From an uncultured Verrucomicrobiales bacterium (GTDB lineage: Bacteria; Verrucomicrobiota; Verrucomicrobiia; Verrucomicrobiales; DEV007), in the NCBI GenBank assembly GCA_938091905.1, contig CALKOM010000138.1:1-15910 (forward strand): DNA of 15,910 bases, read 5' to 3'. Position 1 is the first letter of the stretch. Every line of letters starts with the position of its first letter. The notes under the pieces are model-generated. The model saw only the letters and a list, made by a program, of their open reading frames with translations. It did no database searches and was not told where the DNA came from. Below, one piece after another: positions 1-8,982 of the stretch. Made by a program: the position numbers and the translations under genes.

Positions 1-807
1 TCCGGCTTTACCGGCTGCCTCCAAACGAGTCGGTCCAGCCGATAAGACGCCGCCGACCAATTCATCGGCCCACTCTGTGGTCGTGATGTCTAACACACCG
101 TCTACGAGACCAGACTCGATCAGTGATTCCATGGCTCGCCCACCAGCACCTGTCGCATGGAACACGAGAACTTCGTAGCCCGCGTCCTCCAGAATGCGTT
201 TCGCCTCATTCACGCAGCCCGTGGTGTTGCCGAACATGCTTGCCGCAATGATTGGTTTCTCCGCCGCGTCGGCCGAGATTTTAGCCCCAACCATACCACA
301 GATCGCCCCAGCAGCGCGGGCGAAGATCATCTTTGAAATGCGATTCAATCCCGCAACATCGACGATGCTTGGATACATGACGATGTCCTTGGTGCCGATG
401 TAATGAGCCGTGTTCCCGCTGGCCAGGGTCGATACCATCAATTTGGGAAACCCAATGGGGAGTGCCCGCATGGCCGCCGTGGCAATAGCAGTACCTCCGC
501 CGCCACCTAGCGAGATCACACCTTCGATCCGACCATCCCTTTGAAGCCGCAGTACTATTTCTGGCGCGGCCGTACTCATCGCGGTGACACACTCGCCTCG
601 ATCACGCCGACTCAGAATCTCCTCGAGATCGAAGCCGCCCACGCCGGCGACCTGCTCCCGCGTGATGTCAGGGTCGATCTGTGGAGGCTCTCCCGTTCCC
701 ACGTCGATCAGGACCGCCTCATGCCCGTGCTCACGGATACAGTCCGCGACGTAGGCATGTTCCAACCCTTTAGAGTCTAATGTTCCTAAAACTGCAATCG
801 TAGCCAT
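1..807 (-). CDS. Tm-1-like ATP-binding domain protein (UPF0261 family), 3' end outside window
   Basis: Manual translation (not in ORF track): ATG at 807-805, AAGGAG SD upstream, open to base 1. Reads MATIAVLGTLDSKGLEH...LIDVG...GVISLGGGGGTAIATAAMRALPIGFPKLMVST...SMFGNTTGCV...GYEVLVFHATGAGGRAMESLI...DITTTEWADE, typical UPF0261 motifs. Confidence 0.92.
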   Translation of the reverse strand, partial: MATIAVLGTLDSKGLEHAYVADCIREHGHEAVLIDVGTGEPPQIDPDITREQVAGVGGFDLEEILSRRDRGECVTAMSTAAPEIVLRLQRDGRIEGVISLGGGGGTAIATAAMRALPIGFPKLMVSTLASGNTAHYIGTKDIVMYPSIVDVAGLNRISKMIFARAAGAICGMVGAKISADAAEKPIIAASMFGNTTGCVNEAKRILEDAGYEVLVFHATGAGGRAMESLIESGLVDGVLDITTTEWADELVGGVLSAGPTRLEAAGKAG

Positions 808-822
808 CTCCCGCTCTCCTTT

Positions 823-1698
823 CTACGATTTCTTTCCTGCTGGACAGGGAATGGATTTGAACTCTTTGGTTAGGCCCGCCAGCGATTCTTCCACCGCCAT
901 GCGTTCCAAGGACGACGCGCCGACAAAGCCGACCGCTTCCGTGTTTTCATTGATGTAGGCGGCGTCTTTCGGTGTGCTGATAGGGCCTCCATGACTGAGA
1001 AAGAAGATATCATCTCGGACCGTCTTTGCCGCATCGATGATCTCCTGGGTGCGGTCGGCAGCTTCGGAAATGGTCATGGTGGCATCGACGACCCCAATGG
1101 ATCCTCCAATCGTTGTTCCCACGTGCGCGATGATCGCGTCGGCACCGACTTCGGCCATGCCTTTCGCTTCTTCTGGCGAACCCACATAGACAATGCTGAA
1201 CATATCCATCTTCCGGGCCAGCCCAACCATATCGACCTCCTTCTGAACACTCATCCCGGTCTCTTCGAGAATCTGCCTAAACTTGCCATCGACAATGCTA
1301 TGCGTCGGAAAGTTGTTCACCCCGCTGAAGCCCATGTCTTTGACCTGCAGCAACCAATGCCACATGCGGCGTCTTGGGTCGGTGGCGTGCACGCCGCAAA
1401 TGACGGGCACTTCTTGAACGACGGGCAACACTTCATACTCGCCAATTTCCATGGCAACAGCATTGGCATCGCCGTAGGCCATCAAGCCTGCCGTCGAGCC
1501 ATGGCCAGCCATGCGAAAACGACCAGAATTATAAATAATGATGAGGTCCGCGCCGCCTTTCTCGATGAACTTGGCACTGATTCCCGTGCCAGCGCCCGCC
1601 GCGATGATGGCTTCGCCGCGATCCAAAGTTGCCTGAAGCCGTTCTCGGACTTCTTCTCGCGTGTATGGGTTTCCTATTCCGGTCCAGGGATTGGGCAT
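823..1698 (-). CDS. Phosphoenolpyruvate hydrolase-like / TIM-barrel signal transduction family protein
   Basis: ORF 823..1761, likely start ATG 1698 (MPNPWTG). Motifs AGAGTGISAK, GGADLIIIYNSGRFRMAG, GLMAYGDAN, GFSGVNNFPT, HGGPI, GFVGASSLER. Stop lies 15 nt before the Tm-1-like start, the usual partner gene. Confidence 0.92.
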   Translation of the reverse strand: MPNPWTGIGNPYTREEVRERLQATLDRGEAIIAAGAGTGISAKFIEKGGADLIIIYNSGRFRMAGHGSTAGLMAYGDANAVAMEIGEYEVLPVVQEVPVICGVHATDPRRRMWHWLLQVKDMGFSGVNNFPTHSIVDGKFRQILEETGMSVQKEVDMVGLARKMDMFSIVYVGSPEEAKGMAEVGADAIIAHVGTTIGGSIGVVDATMTISEAADRTQEIIDAAKTVRDDIFFLSHGGPISTPKDAAYINENTEAVGFVGASSLERMAVEESLAGLTKEFKSIPCPAGKKS

Positions 1699-1731
1699 GA
1701 TCGTTGTTTCTTTCGTCTCGAGCGCTAAGGT

Positions 1732-1761
1732 AGTGTAGAACAGAAAGGCCACCCAAGACAA
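1732..1761 (-). promoter_or_regulatory. Possible sigma70-type promoter for the TIM-barrel/Tm-1-like operon
   Basis: Minus strand TTGTCT (1761-1756), 18-nt spacer, TACACT (1737-1732), about 33 nt upstream of ATG 1698. Motif match only. Confidence 0.3.
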
Positions 1762-2437
1762 TCCTCACTCTGTGATCCAAGAACGCCTCTCCGATGTCCA
1801 CATTTTAGGCGATCAAACTCGCCACACGGCGATTCGGAGGGCTGAGACCTGGAGGAGCGATTGGCTTTCCGAGTCGCCGATCTCCCGTTTGCTCGAGATT
1901 CACAATATCCTCCACGCCGGCGTCATGCTTGTTTAGGTTCCGTTCCGTTCACCTTCGCTCGCGCGTCATCTGGCATATTCTTTCCCGCCCGTTTCAATGC
2001 TAGGGTTCAATCCTGGCGGACCGAAGTTGGCACAAAGTCACTCAAGACATAGCCTGTCTGATACCCCCTCACACGGTCAACGCCCCTCGTTCAGACAGCC
2101 AGTGGGACTTTGACTGGCTACGCTAATATATCCCATCGCCTCCAGATTGGAACGAAAGCGCTTGCCTGCTCATGTCCGGTGATCAGGCCACTTTACCCGA
2201 ACTGATCCTGCACGCCGCCATGAGTTTCTTCCGTGAATAGGACAAATCCCTGGTATCGACAGCTGTTCCTATCATTGCCAGAAGCCATTCATCGTGACGC
2301 CGCTATTTCCCGTAAGATTCATTCCCTTTCTGAATCTTTGTCATGGCTCTCCCGCCCTGGTGGCGGTTACAATCTGACTCACCGCGTGTGAACAGAATTC
2401 CGTCGCCTCGACGACGCCCCTCAGGTATGGTCTCTGC

Positions 2438-2848
2438 ATGAATTCTTCACGATTCATTGCAAGAGTGTTCGGACTTTGTGGCTTGAGTTTTGGGCTTACT
2501 TGTTTGGTTACCCGGGGCCGCCTCATGAACGATATGTTCCAAGCGATGGCGGAACCTTCCTATCTCTTCAGCATGGGGCTGATGACCTTGATCATTGGCA
2601 TCGCAATGATTGTTGGACACCATATCTGGGACGGCAGTTGGAGGGTCGTGATTACGGTCATTGGCTATCTTTCGCTGGTGAAAGGATTCGTCATCCTGAT
2701 CTGGCCGAAAACCATGGTCTCGCTAATGGAGGGCATGGTCGAAAGTGGCGCGATTTGGGTCCAACTAGCGTTCGCAATCGCGTTCTACGGTTGGATGACA
2801 TGGCTAGGATTCCGGCCCGAGAAGGAAATCGCTGAAGCGACTTCCTAG
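2438..2848 (+). CDS. Small integral membrane protein, about 4 TM helices, function unknown
   Basis: 136-aa ORF with four hydrophobic stretches and the pattern GLMTLIIGIAMIVGHHIWDGSWRVVITVIGYLSLVKG..L.WP seen in conserved hypothetical membrane proteins. Confidence 0.75.
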   Translation: MNSSRFIARVFGLCGLSFGLTCLVTRGRLMNDMFQAMAEPSYLFSMGLMTLIIGIAMIVGHHIWDGSWRVVITVIGYLSLVKGFVILIWPKTMVSLMEGMVESGAIWVQLAFAIAFYGWMTWLGFRPEKEIAEATS

Positions 2849-2917
2849 AAAACAAGCAATCGGAATGGCAACGAAGAAACATCCAGCCCATCTGAAGCAG
2901 CGTCAGATCGCTGCACT

Positions 2918-3789
2918 ATGAAAGTTAGGAATCAGAATCATTGGACGAATTTGGGCGTGTGCAGTTTGGCCCGATTTGGCGGTAGCGCAGGCACACTCAT
3001 CGGCGTGCTCCTTGCTGACGGTGGACTCTGCTGGGCGGAAAGGGATCAGCCTGATATCTACGCCGCAGCGTTCGGCTCGTCTTTCGATTTTGCCAGGCCT
3101 GAGGGGCCACCCGTTGGGAATCCAGAAGGGCTGCCGCGCTGGGCTTGGATCTCCTCTGGACCAACGGCGGCGAACAAGCCATCTACATGGCACCACGATG
3201 GGCGCAGCCTATCAAAGTCGTTGATTTGAACGGCCGCGGAGACGATGCCGTTGACTACCCGTTAGGACTCGCAGTGACCGCGTCGCGGTTGCTTTGGACG
3301 GATCCCGTGCAGGACGCCATCTTTTCGGCTAAGCTTGATGGTGCCGATATCGATAAACTGATAGGGCTAGATGACATCTTTGGCGAAGCCGATTACTCCC
3401 CGACGGGCATCATTGTTCATGGAGGGCGCCTCTTATGGGCAGATTCCAAGGAGGAGGTTGGAGGCATCTTCTCAGCCGCCTTGAATGGAAGTGATGCCAG
3501 GCGCCTGATTGATTTAAGTGCCGACCAACGCCCGGCCTGGCTGACAGACTACCCGCCTGAAATGGCAATTCCTACATTCAAAGTCACCGAGATTGAGCGC
3601 CGCTCCCTCGAAGTGAAACTCGCCTGGAACAGCAGGCCGGACTATCGCCACCGGATCGAGCACTCTCGCGACCTCTCACCCGGATCTTGGAAGCGACTGG
3701 ATCTCGTCACGGCGAAGCTGTTGCGAACGACCTGGAAGAAAGGGTTCCTCGCTGACAAGTCGGGCTTCTATCGCGTCCGCCCAGAATAG
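2918..3789 (+). pseudogene. Frameshifted YWTD/LDL-receptor-like beta-propeller protein with a C-terminal '...FYRV' module
   Basis: ORFs 2918..3229 and 3145..3789 join if one base is added at about 3133 (CTG|GCC), giving NPEGLAALGLDLLWTN, which matches the later repeats YPLGLAVTASRLLWTD and SPTGIIVHGGRLLWAD. The C-terminus LAWNS...IEHSRDL..GSW...GFYRVRPE resembles the terminal module of Verrucomicrobia exported proteins. Confidence 0.7.
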
Positions 3790-3883
3790 ACAGCAACCAT
3801 CCATCAGTCGTTCATGCCAAGTCGCTTGAACAAACGACGACTATGGAGGTGTGTTTCATGGCTCAATCGTCTATGAAGTGCGT

Positions 3884-6688
3884 ATGAGACGACTTCTACC
3901 ATTCTGTTTCATCGCCCTGATATGCTGGCTTCCCGTTTGTCAGACGGCGATGGCAACGGACTGGCCGATGTATCGCAACGATGCGGGTCGTCGTGGAGTG
4001 ACGGAGGACAGCCTTCCCGAGAACTTGTCTCTGACGTGGATGCGCGAACTCCCCAAGTTGACACCCGCGTTCAAAGACAAGCGTTTGCATTTCGATGCGG
4101 GATACGAGCCTGTCATTGCCAAAGGAATCTTGCTCATCGCTTCTTCACTTACGGATTCGGTGAGCGCCTATGATGCCAAGTCAGGAGAAGAACGTTGGTC
4201 CTTTTATACCAATGGACCCGTGCGTTTCGCACCTGCCATCTCCGGTGACTTGGCCTGTTTCGGATCAGACGACGGTTGTCTCTACTGTGTCGACCTGGCA
4301 ACGGGTGAGCTTCGGTGGAAACATCGCGCGGCGCCTAACCAACGACGCTTGTTAGGGAACAAACGATTGATTTCTGTGTGGCCCGTTCGTGGCGGGCCGG
4401 TCGTCGCCGATGGGAAGGTCTACTTCGCCGCGGGCGTTTGGCCTTTCGAGGGCGTCTTCGTCTACGCCATGGAATTGGCCACCGGCAAGGTCTTGTGGCG
4501 CAATGATCGTCTCGGATACCTTTGGGGCCATCAACCTCACAACACGACAGCCATTGGCGGCCTTGCTCCTCAAGGCTATTTGTTAGTCAATGGAGATGAA
4601 TTGATCGTGCCATGCTCCACGGCTTACCCGGCGCGATTGAATCGACACACCGGAGAGCTAATCGAGTTCGAGTTGCCCAAGATGGGAAGACTTCCGGGAG
4701 GTTGGTTTGCTGCGCTCGATCCAGAAACGTCTCGGGCAATACGACACGGGAAACTGACTTTTGATGAAGTTATCAATCAACACAGACACGAGGGCAAAGT
4801 CCAGACCAGCAGCGGTGGAGTCAAAGGACTGAGTAGAGAAATCCGTGCCGCGAAGACAACACTCAAATTCGACGAAGGCCACCAGGGTGTTGAAGGAACC
4901 GTTCATTCCATGGTTGTTGCCGATGACGCTTTGTTTATCACGACACGCGACGGTCGTTTGATGTGCTTCCGTAACACAGCTCCTAAAAACCCCAAGACTT
5001 GGAAGCGCCGAACAGCTCAACCTGTTTTATCAGAGGATTCGTTAGCGATCGCAACAGCGATCGTGAGTAGGGCATCAAGCAGACATGGTCTCGCGATCGT
5101 GGCTGGTTTGTCAGACGGATCACTAACCAATACCCTGATCGAATCGTCCAACTATCATGTCGTCGTCGTTGATAACGATCCTGATCGCGTGCAACAGTTG
5201 CGACAACAGTGGGAGGCCGCAGGATGGTCTGGAAACCGAGCTGCTATCATTCACAGCGATTTGCGGAATCTCACCTTGCCTCCGTATATCGCGACAGTGC
5301 TAATGAGCGAGCGATCAAATGTCGAACTGAAACCTCTCCTTCAGACACTTCGCCCGTACGGTGGTCTCGCGGTGGACGGTCGTCTCACCAAAGACTCCTT
5401 CCAAACAATTAAGCCCGGCAACTTCTCGCTGGAGAACGACCAAGCATTGGGCCTCTCATTCACTCGGCGAGTGGGTCCGTTGCCTGGGTCGACTCAATAT
5501 CCGGGAGATTTCTCGGCAAGCAAAGACGAGCTGGTTCGCTTTCCGTTAGGGGTGCTTTGGTTTGACGACACCTTGGCTCACTTCAAACGCTCCCCACAAC
5601 CCGTCTTTGATCGAGGAACGATGATCTCTCGACCGAAGAATTGGGACGTACCGAGGCATGAAGAGAACAACAAGATCGACTACCCGTTGCTCCCTCCTGT
5701 CCTGTCCGATATGTACACGGGCCGCGTCCTGGAAAAGTCAGAACGCGCAGATTTACGAAAGACACTGAACCCACTTCCAACATCAGCACTCGAACCCAGC
5801 CAGTATCGAACGCCAGGCCAACCGTTCGCCACGAAAGCCGGCCCCGTGTCAATCGGACAGAGGGTCAATCCCCTGACAGGTGAAACCGAACCAAGACGGT
5901 TTCCCAAGACCTATGGTTGTGACGGCGGCGTCGACTACGGCGATTTCTACACGCTTCGAAGCGGCACCGCTGCCTATTACGACAAGACGATCGAAAGCGG
6001 AACCGTCTTCCTCAGTGGCCCCAGAAGTGGATGCACTAATAGCATTATCCCATCCGGCGGTTTGTTGAATGTGCCCTACTACTACGACGGTTGCACCTGC
6101 AGTTATCCTTTGCCCATCGCCATGGCTCTGGTCGCCATGCCTCAAAGCCACGAGCAATGGTCTTCCTGGGGCAAAAGCGAGATGGAGTCAGGAAAAATTC
6201 AACGCCTTGGCATCAACTTCGGATCACCAGGCGATCGCATGACGCGCGATGGCACCCTTTGGTTAGACTATCCCTCGGTCGGCGGCCCCTCTCCCAAGAT
6301 CAGTGTCGAGGTCACGGAATCTACACAGTATCGCTATCGCCACAGTGTGTGGATGCAAAGCTCTGAGTTCCATCCGTGGGTCAGTGCCTCGATGGCCGAA
6401 GGCCTGAAGCGTTGCGTGATCAAGGATCTCAAACCAGGAAGCTATTTGGTTAGGCTCTACTTTGCGGAACCAGATACCCTTGAGCCGAAACGTCGCTTGC
6501 AGAACATCAAACTACAGGGCCACCCCGTCGTCTCTGATTTCGACGTCGTGGATGAAGCCGGCGGCGTGATGCGAGGCACGATCAAAGAGTTCACAGGCAT
6601 CGAAATAGAAGATTATTTCACGCTCGAATTATCTGCGTCTGACGGAAAAACCATCATCAGTGGAATCGAACTCATACGGCATGACTAG
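3884..6688 (+). CDS. Secreted PQQ-binding-like (BamB-like) beta-propeller protein with internal methyltransferase-like and C-terminal malectin-like domains
   Basis: Signal peptide from ATG 3884 (MRRLLPFCF...TAMA/TDWPMYRND). Propeller blades (AYDAKSGEERW, CVDLATGELRW, AMELATGKVLW). Rossmann-like segment (LAIVAGLSDG...VVVVDND...LPPY...TLRPYGG). C-terminal YLVRLYFAEP...FDVVDEAGG...ISGIEL. The ORF track starts at GTG 3851. Confidence 0.85.
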   Translation: MRRLLPFCFIALICWLPVCQTAMATDWPMYRNDAGRRGVTEDSLPENLSLTWMRELPKLTPAFKDKRLHFDAGYEPVIAKGILLIASSLTDSVSAYDAKSGEERWSFYTNGPVRFAPAISGDLACFGSDDGCLYCVDLATGELRWKHRAAPNQRRLLGNKRLISVWPVRGGPVVADGKVYFAAGVWPFEGVFVYAMELATGKVLWRNDRLGYLWGHQPHNTTAIGGLAPQGYLLVNGDELIVPCSTAYPARLNRHTGELIEFELPKMGRLPGGWFAALDPETSRAIRHGKLTFDEVINQHRHEGKVQTSSGGVKGLSREIRAAKTTLKFDEGHQGVEGTVHSMVVADDALFITTRDGRLMCFRNTAPKNPKTWKRRTAQPVLSEDSLAIATAIVSRASSRHGLAIVAGLSDGSLTNTLIESSNYHVVVVDNDPDRVQQLRQQWEAAGWSGNRAAIIHSDLRNLTLPPYIATVLMSERSNVELKPLLQTLRPYGGLAVDGRLTKDSFQTIKPGNFSLENDQALGLSFTRRVGPLPGSTQYPGDFSASKDELVRFPLGVLWFDDTLAHFKRSPQPVFDRGTMISRPKNWDVPRHEENNKIDYPLLPPVLSDMYTGRVLEKSERADLRKTLNPLPTSALEPSQYRTPGQPFATKAGPVSIGQRVNPLTGETEPRRFPKTYGCDGGVDYGDFYTLRSGTAAYYDKTIESGTVFLSGPRSGCTNSIIPSGGLLNVPYYYDGCTCSYPLPIAMALVAMPQSHEQWSSWGKSEMESGKIQRLGINFGSPGDRMTRDGTLWLDYPSVGGPSPKISVEVTESTQYRYRHSVWMQSSEFHPWVSASMAEGLKRCVIKDLKPGSYLVRLYFAEPDTLEPKRRLQNIKLQGHPVVSDFDVVDEAGGVMRGTIKEFTGIEIEDYFTLELSASDGKTIISGIELIRHD

Positions 6689-7032
6689 TAAGCTTGTTAA
6701 GCCAGGCCGATATCAAATTGGAAATACCACCGCGGACAAGACCGGATCCACAAGGACCGATTGTTATTTGATAGCAAGTAACGCTTACCACGCGACGTCC
6801 TTGCCTCTTACATTTCAGCATCCTGTGTTAGATTTCCTTTATTCTGCTTGAATCCCCTAAACAGGCTGACCCAGGCCCTTACCCTTGGACCAGAAGAAAC
6901 TGCTCGGCAGCTGGGCTTGCTGTAATTTTTGATGACACAATTGTAGCCCAATTCACGCTTGGTCTCTTGAGACTAATTCTACCAACCAACACAGGCTTAT
7001 TCTCAAAAGTGAAACCATACTCATCCTTAAAT

Positions 7033-7989
7033 ATGAAAAAATCATCTACGATACTTCATCCACTTATTCTATCATTACTCTTTGTTACTCCCACTTTGGT
7101 GCTCGCTGATCATCACGTCAGCACTAAAATCTCGCAAGCAGACTACATCCCTGGGAAATGGAAGCGCACTTGGACATCGACGACGACCGGGTTGCAGTCG
7201 TCAATGACCATGGCGATAAAAAAAGCCGAAGCGGATAATTATTTTGTCTCGACGAATACAAATGCTTATGACAACGGTGAGATCAGAGGTAAGTGGCAAG
7301 TTCGCTTCTATGTTGAGCCAGTTGTGGGTAATATGCTGAAACTCAATGAAACAGAGATGCGCGGCATGGATTTGGAAACATCTTCATGGGGCGATTGGGA
7401 AAAAAGCAGTCGCAATTATCTGTTCCAGGCCGATGAGTTTTTCTGGAATTCAAAGCGACGTAACCTGGATGGTCGCCCACCGAGGAGGTTCACTCGCATA
7501 GACTCGGATAATCCAAAACATACCTATCAACAGCTTGCTCAAAGAAAACTTTCCGCTCTTGAGCCCCTTCTGGGAGTCTGGGAAGGAACAGTCGAACAAA
7601 TAGATGTGAAGGCTTATGGAATCAAGGCAGGCACTCAAAAGGTCAAACATACCGTCCAGCTTAATAAAGACAAAACTATCATGTTTTGGCATTGGGATAG
7701 CGATAAGATTGATTGCTTTGGTGCTCAAAGCTATGACGCCGCGACCGGGTATATCAGGACAAGTTATCATGCTTCCACCGGCAATCAAATAAACGGGAAA
7801 CTCATATCTTATTGGCGCAATAAATTCGTTTGGGAGCGTTCCGGTAATACTGTCAATGGTGCATTGTATGAGAAATGTCTACTGGATGCATCGGAGCCAG
7901 GAGTCTTGAAGCATAAAGTTTATGATCGTGTTTTAAATGGTGTGGCTCAGCCTGAAGAGCCCACAATCGTGCTTAAGAAAGTTGACTGA
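7033..7989 (+). CDS. Secreted hypothetical protein with two predicted beta-barrel (GxW, calycin/DUF1579-like) domains
   Basis: ATG 7033 gives a signal peptide (MKKSSTILHPLILSLLFVTPTLVLA/DHH). Domain-start motifs YIPGKW and LEPLLGVWEG, plus GAQSYDAATGYI. Visibly more AT-rich than the upstream genes. Confidence 0.72.
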   Translation: MKKSSTILHPLILSLLFVTPTLVLADHHVSTKISQADYIPGKWKRTWTSTTTGLQSSMTMAIKKAEADNYFVSTNTNAYDNGEIRGKWQVRFYVEPVVGNMLKLNETEMRGMDLETSSWGDWEKSSRNYLFQADEFFWNSKRRNLDGRPPRRFTRIDSDNPKHTYQQLAQRKLSALEPLLGVWEGTVEQIDVKAYGIKAGTQKVKHTVQLNKDKTIMFWHWDSDKIDCFGAQSYDAATGYIRTSYHASTGNQINGKLISYWRNKFVWERSGNTVNGALYEKCLLDASEPGVLKHKVYDRVLNGVAQPEEPTIVLKKVD

Positions 7990-8093
7990 CTTAGAAGAAG
8001 TTTCCGAAAATAAATCTGGACCAATGTATGAGCCTCTCGCCGTCCGATTTGCCTGATGGCTTGGCTACACAGCTCGCTTAACTTGTGCTTGTT

Positions 8094-8120
8094 AGTCTGG
8101 CGGCATCATGCCGCCAGACT
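8094..8120. repeat. Perfect palindrome, REP-like or terminator hairpin
   Basis: AGTCTGGCGGCAT-C-ATGCCGCCAGACT: 13-bp perfect arms, about 105 nt downstream of the 7033 gene, between convergent reading frames. Confidence 0.7.
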
Positions 8121-8310
8121 TTGCTGTGAACCATAGATCGATGGCAAGGAGTTCGTCGGGCTTTTTGTTTTCGAGTTTACCGAAGTAGGTGGCCTCTTTG
8201 TTTACGCTTTTACCTTGAGTGCTTCAGGCGTGGATTCCAATTGCTAGCGCACAAGTGAGGTTGGCAGAGACGCTGCCATGTGGTAGAGCATCGCTCAACT
8301 ACTACACTGA

Positions 8311-8949
8311 AGTGGTGTAATAGAGGGTGCCACCGGCATTGGGATTCGATAACGTCACGGTGCTTCCCTGAGCCACGTTTCCCCCATGGGCACTGAAGAC
8401 AGGTGCTTCCGTGTCAGGACAAAGATCATGATCGCGCAGGTGTTGCATGTAGATGCTCGGCCGATCATCGCGTCAGGATTCAAACCGAGCTTCATTCTTC
8501 GATCCCTGTCCAGCAGGGTCATAGTAGTTAATCCAGCACATGTGAAGCATCAAGAGTTGCAGAGGTTGTTCAAGTTCGGTCCAGCCCTGATCTAGCCACG
8601 CAGACGAAAGAGCCCCCATTGAAGAGGTGCTTCTGAGTGCGATCTGCCCAGAGGAGGCGAAACTCAGGGTCTCATGCAGCCGAGTGAAGTAAATAGGGAG
8701 ATCAGATCCTCCGTGCCATTGCGCATTGACTAACATTTCATTGGCGGACAATTCGTAGTCAACGTCGTGCCCCGCACCGATACTTTGCTCTGCATCCCAC
8801 ACCTAGTAGCTAAACTTCCCATCGGGACGGCCACGGGCCAAGATCTTGTTGTTTCCAGGCCAGTCATCGGTGCTCATGTAGTTCAGGACGAGCAAGTAGT
8901 CTGCGAAGTTTACCGGGGCCAAGTAACTGATTCCCGTGTTACTGCTAGG
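8311..8949 (-). pseudogene. CotH kinase family pseudogene fragment with the start of an Fn3-associated/chitobiase-C-type domain
   Basis: Manual minus-strand translation: SYLAPVNFADYLLVLNYMSTDDWPGNNKILARGRPDGKFSY*VWDAEQSIG (TAG 8803-8805). Shifted frame at about 8670-8615 reads PEFRLLWADRTQKHLFNGG. After TGA 8473-8475: RDDRPSIYMQHLRDHDLCPDTEAPVFSAHGGNVAQGSTVTLSNPNAGGTLYYTT, ending at 8311. Confidence 0.78.
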
Positions 8950-8951
8950 CA

Positions 8952-8982
8952 ATTGCTTTTCGTCTATGGGGTCAGATTCGCC
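8952..8982 (+). repeat. Left 31-bp inverted repeat of the cassette
   Basis: ATTGCTTTTCGTCTATGGGGTCAGATTCGCC is the exact reverse complement of 10322-10352. Degenerate similarity continues inward to about 9011. Confidence 0.95.

Noticed and set aside
991..1728. 245-aa plus-strand ORF, and the other short ORFs overlapping the large genes
   Set aside because: Antisense or off-frame shadows of well-supported genes, with no independent motifs.
1971..2045. TGGCAT and TGGCAC as sigma54 -24 boxes
   Set aside because: Neither has TTGC at the -12 position.
6959..6976. Imperfect palindrome TTGGTCTC-TT-GAGACTAA upstream of the 7033 gene
   Set aside because: Single copy, one mismatch, no regulator nearby; cannot be distinguished from chance.
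7990..8097. GCTTAAC-N8-GTTAGTC resembling the 3' half of an attC after the 7033 gene
   Set aside because: No matching RYYYAAC arm near the stop codon, no full-length stem, and GTTAGTC violates GTTRRRY.
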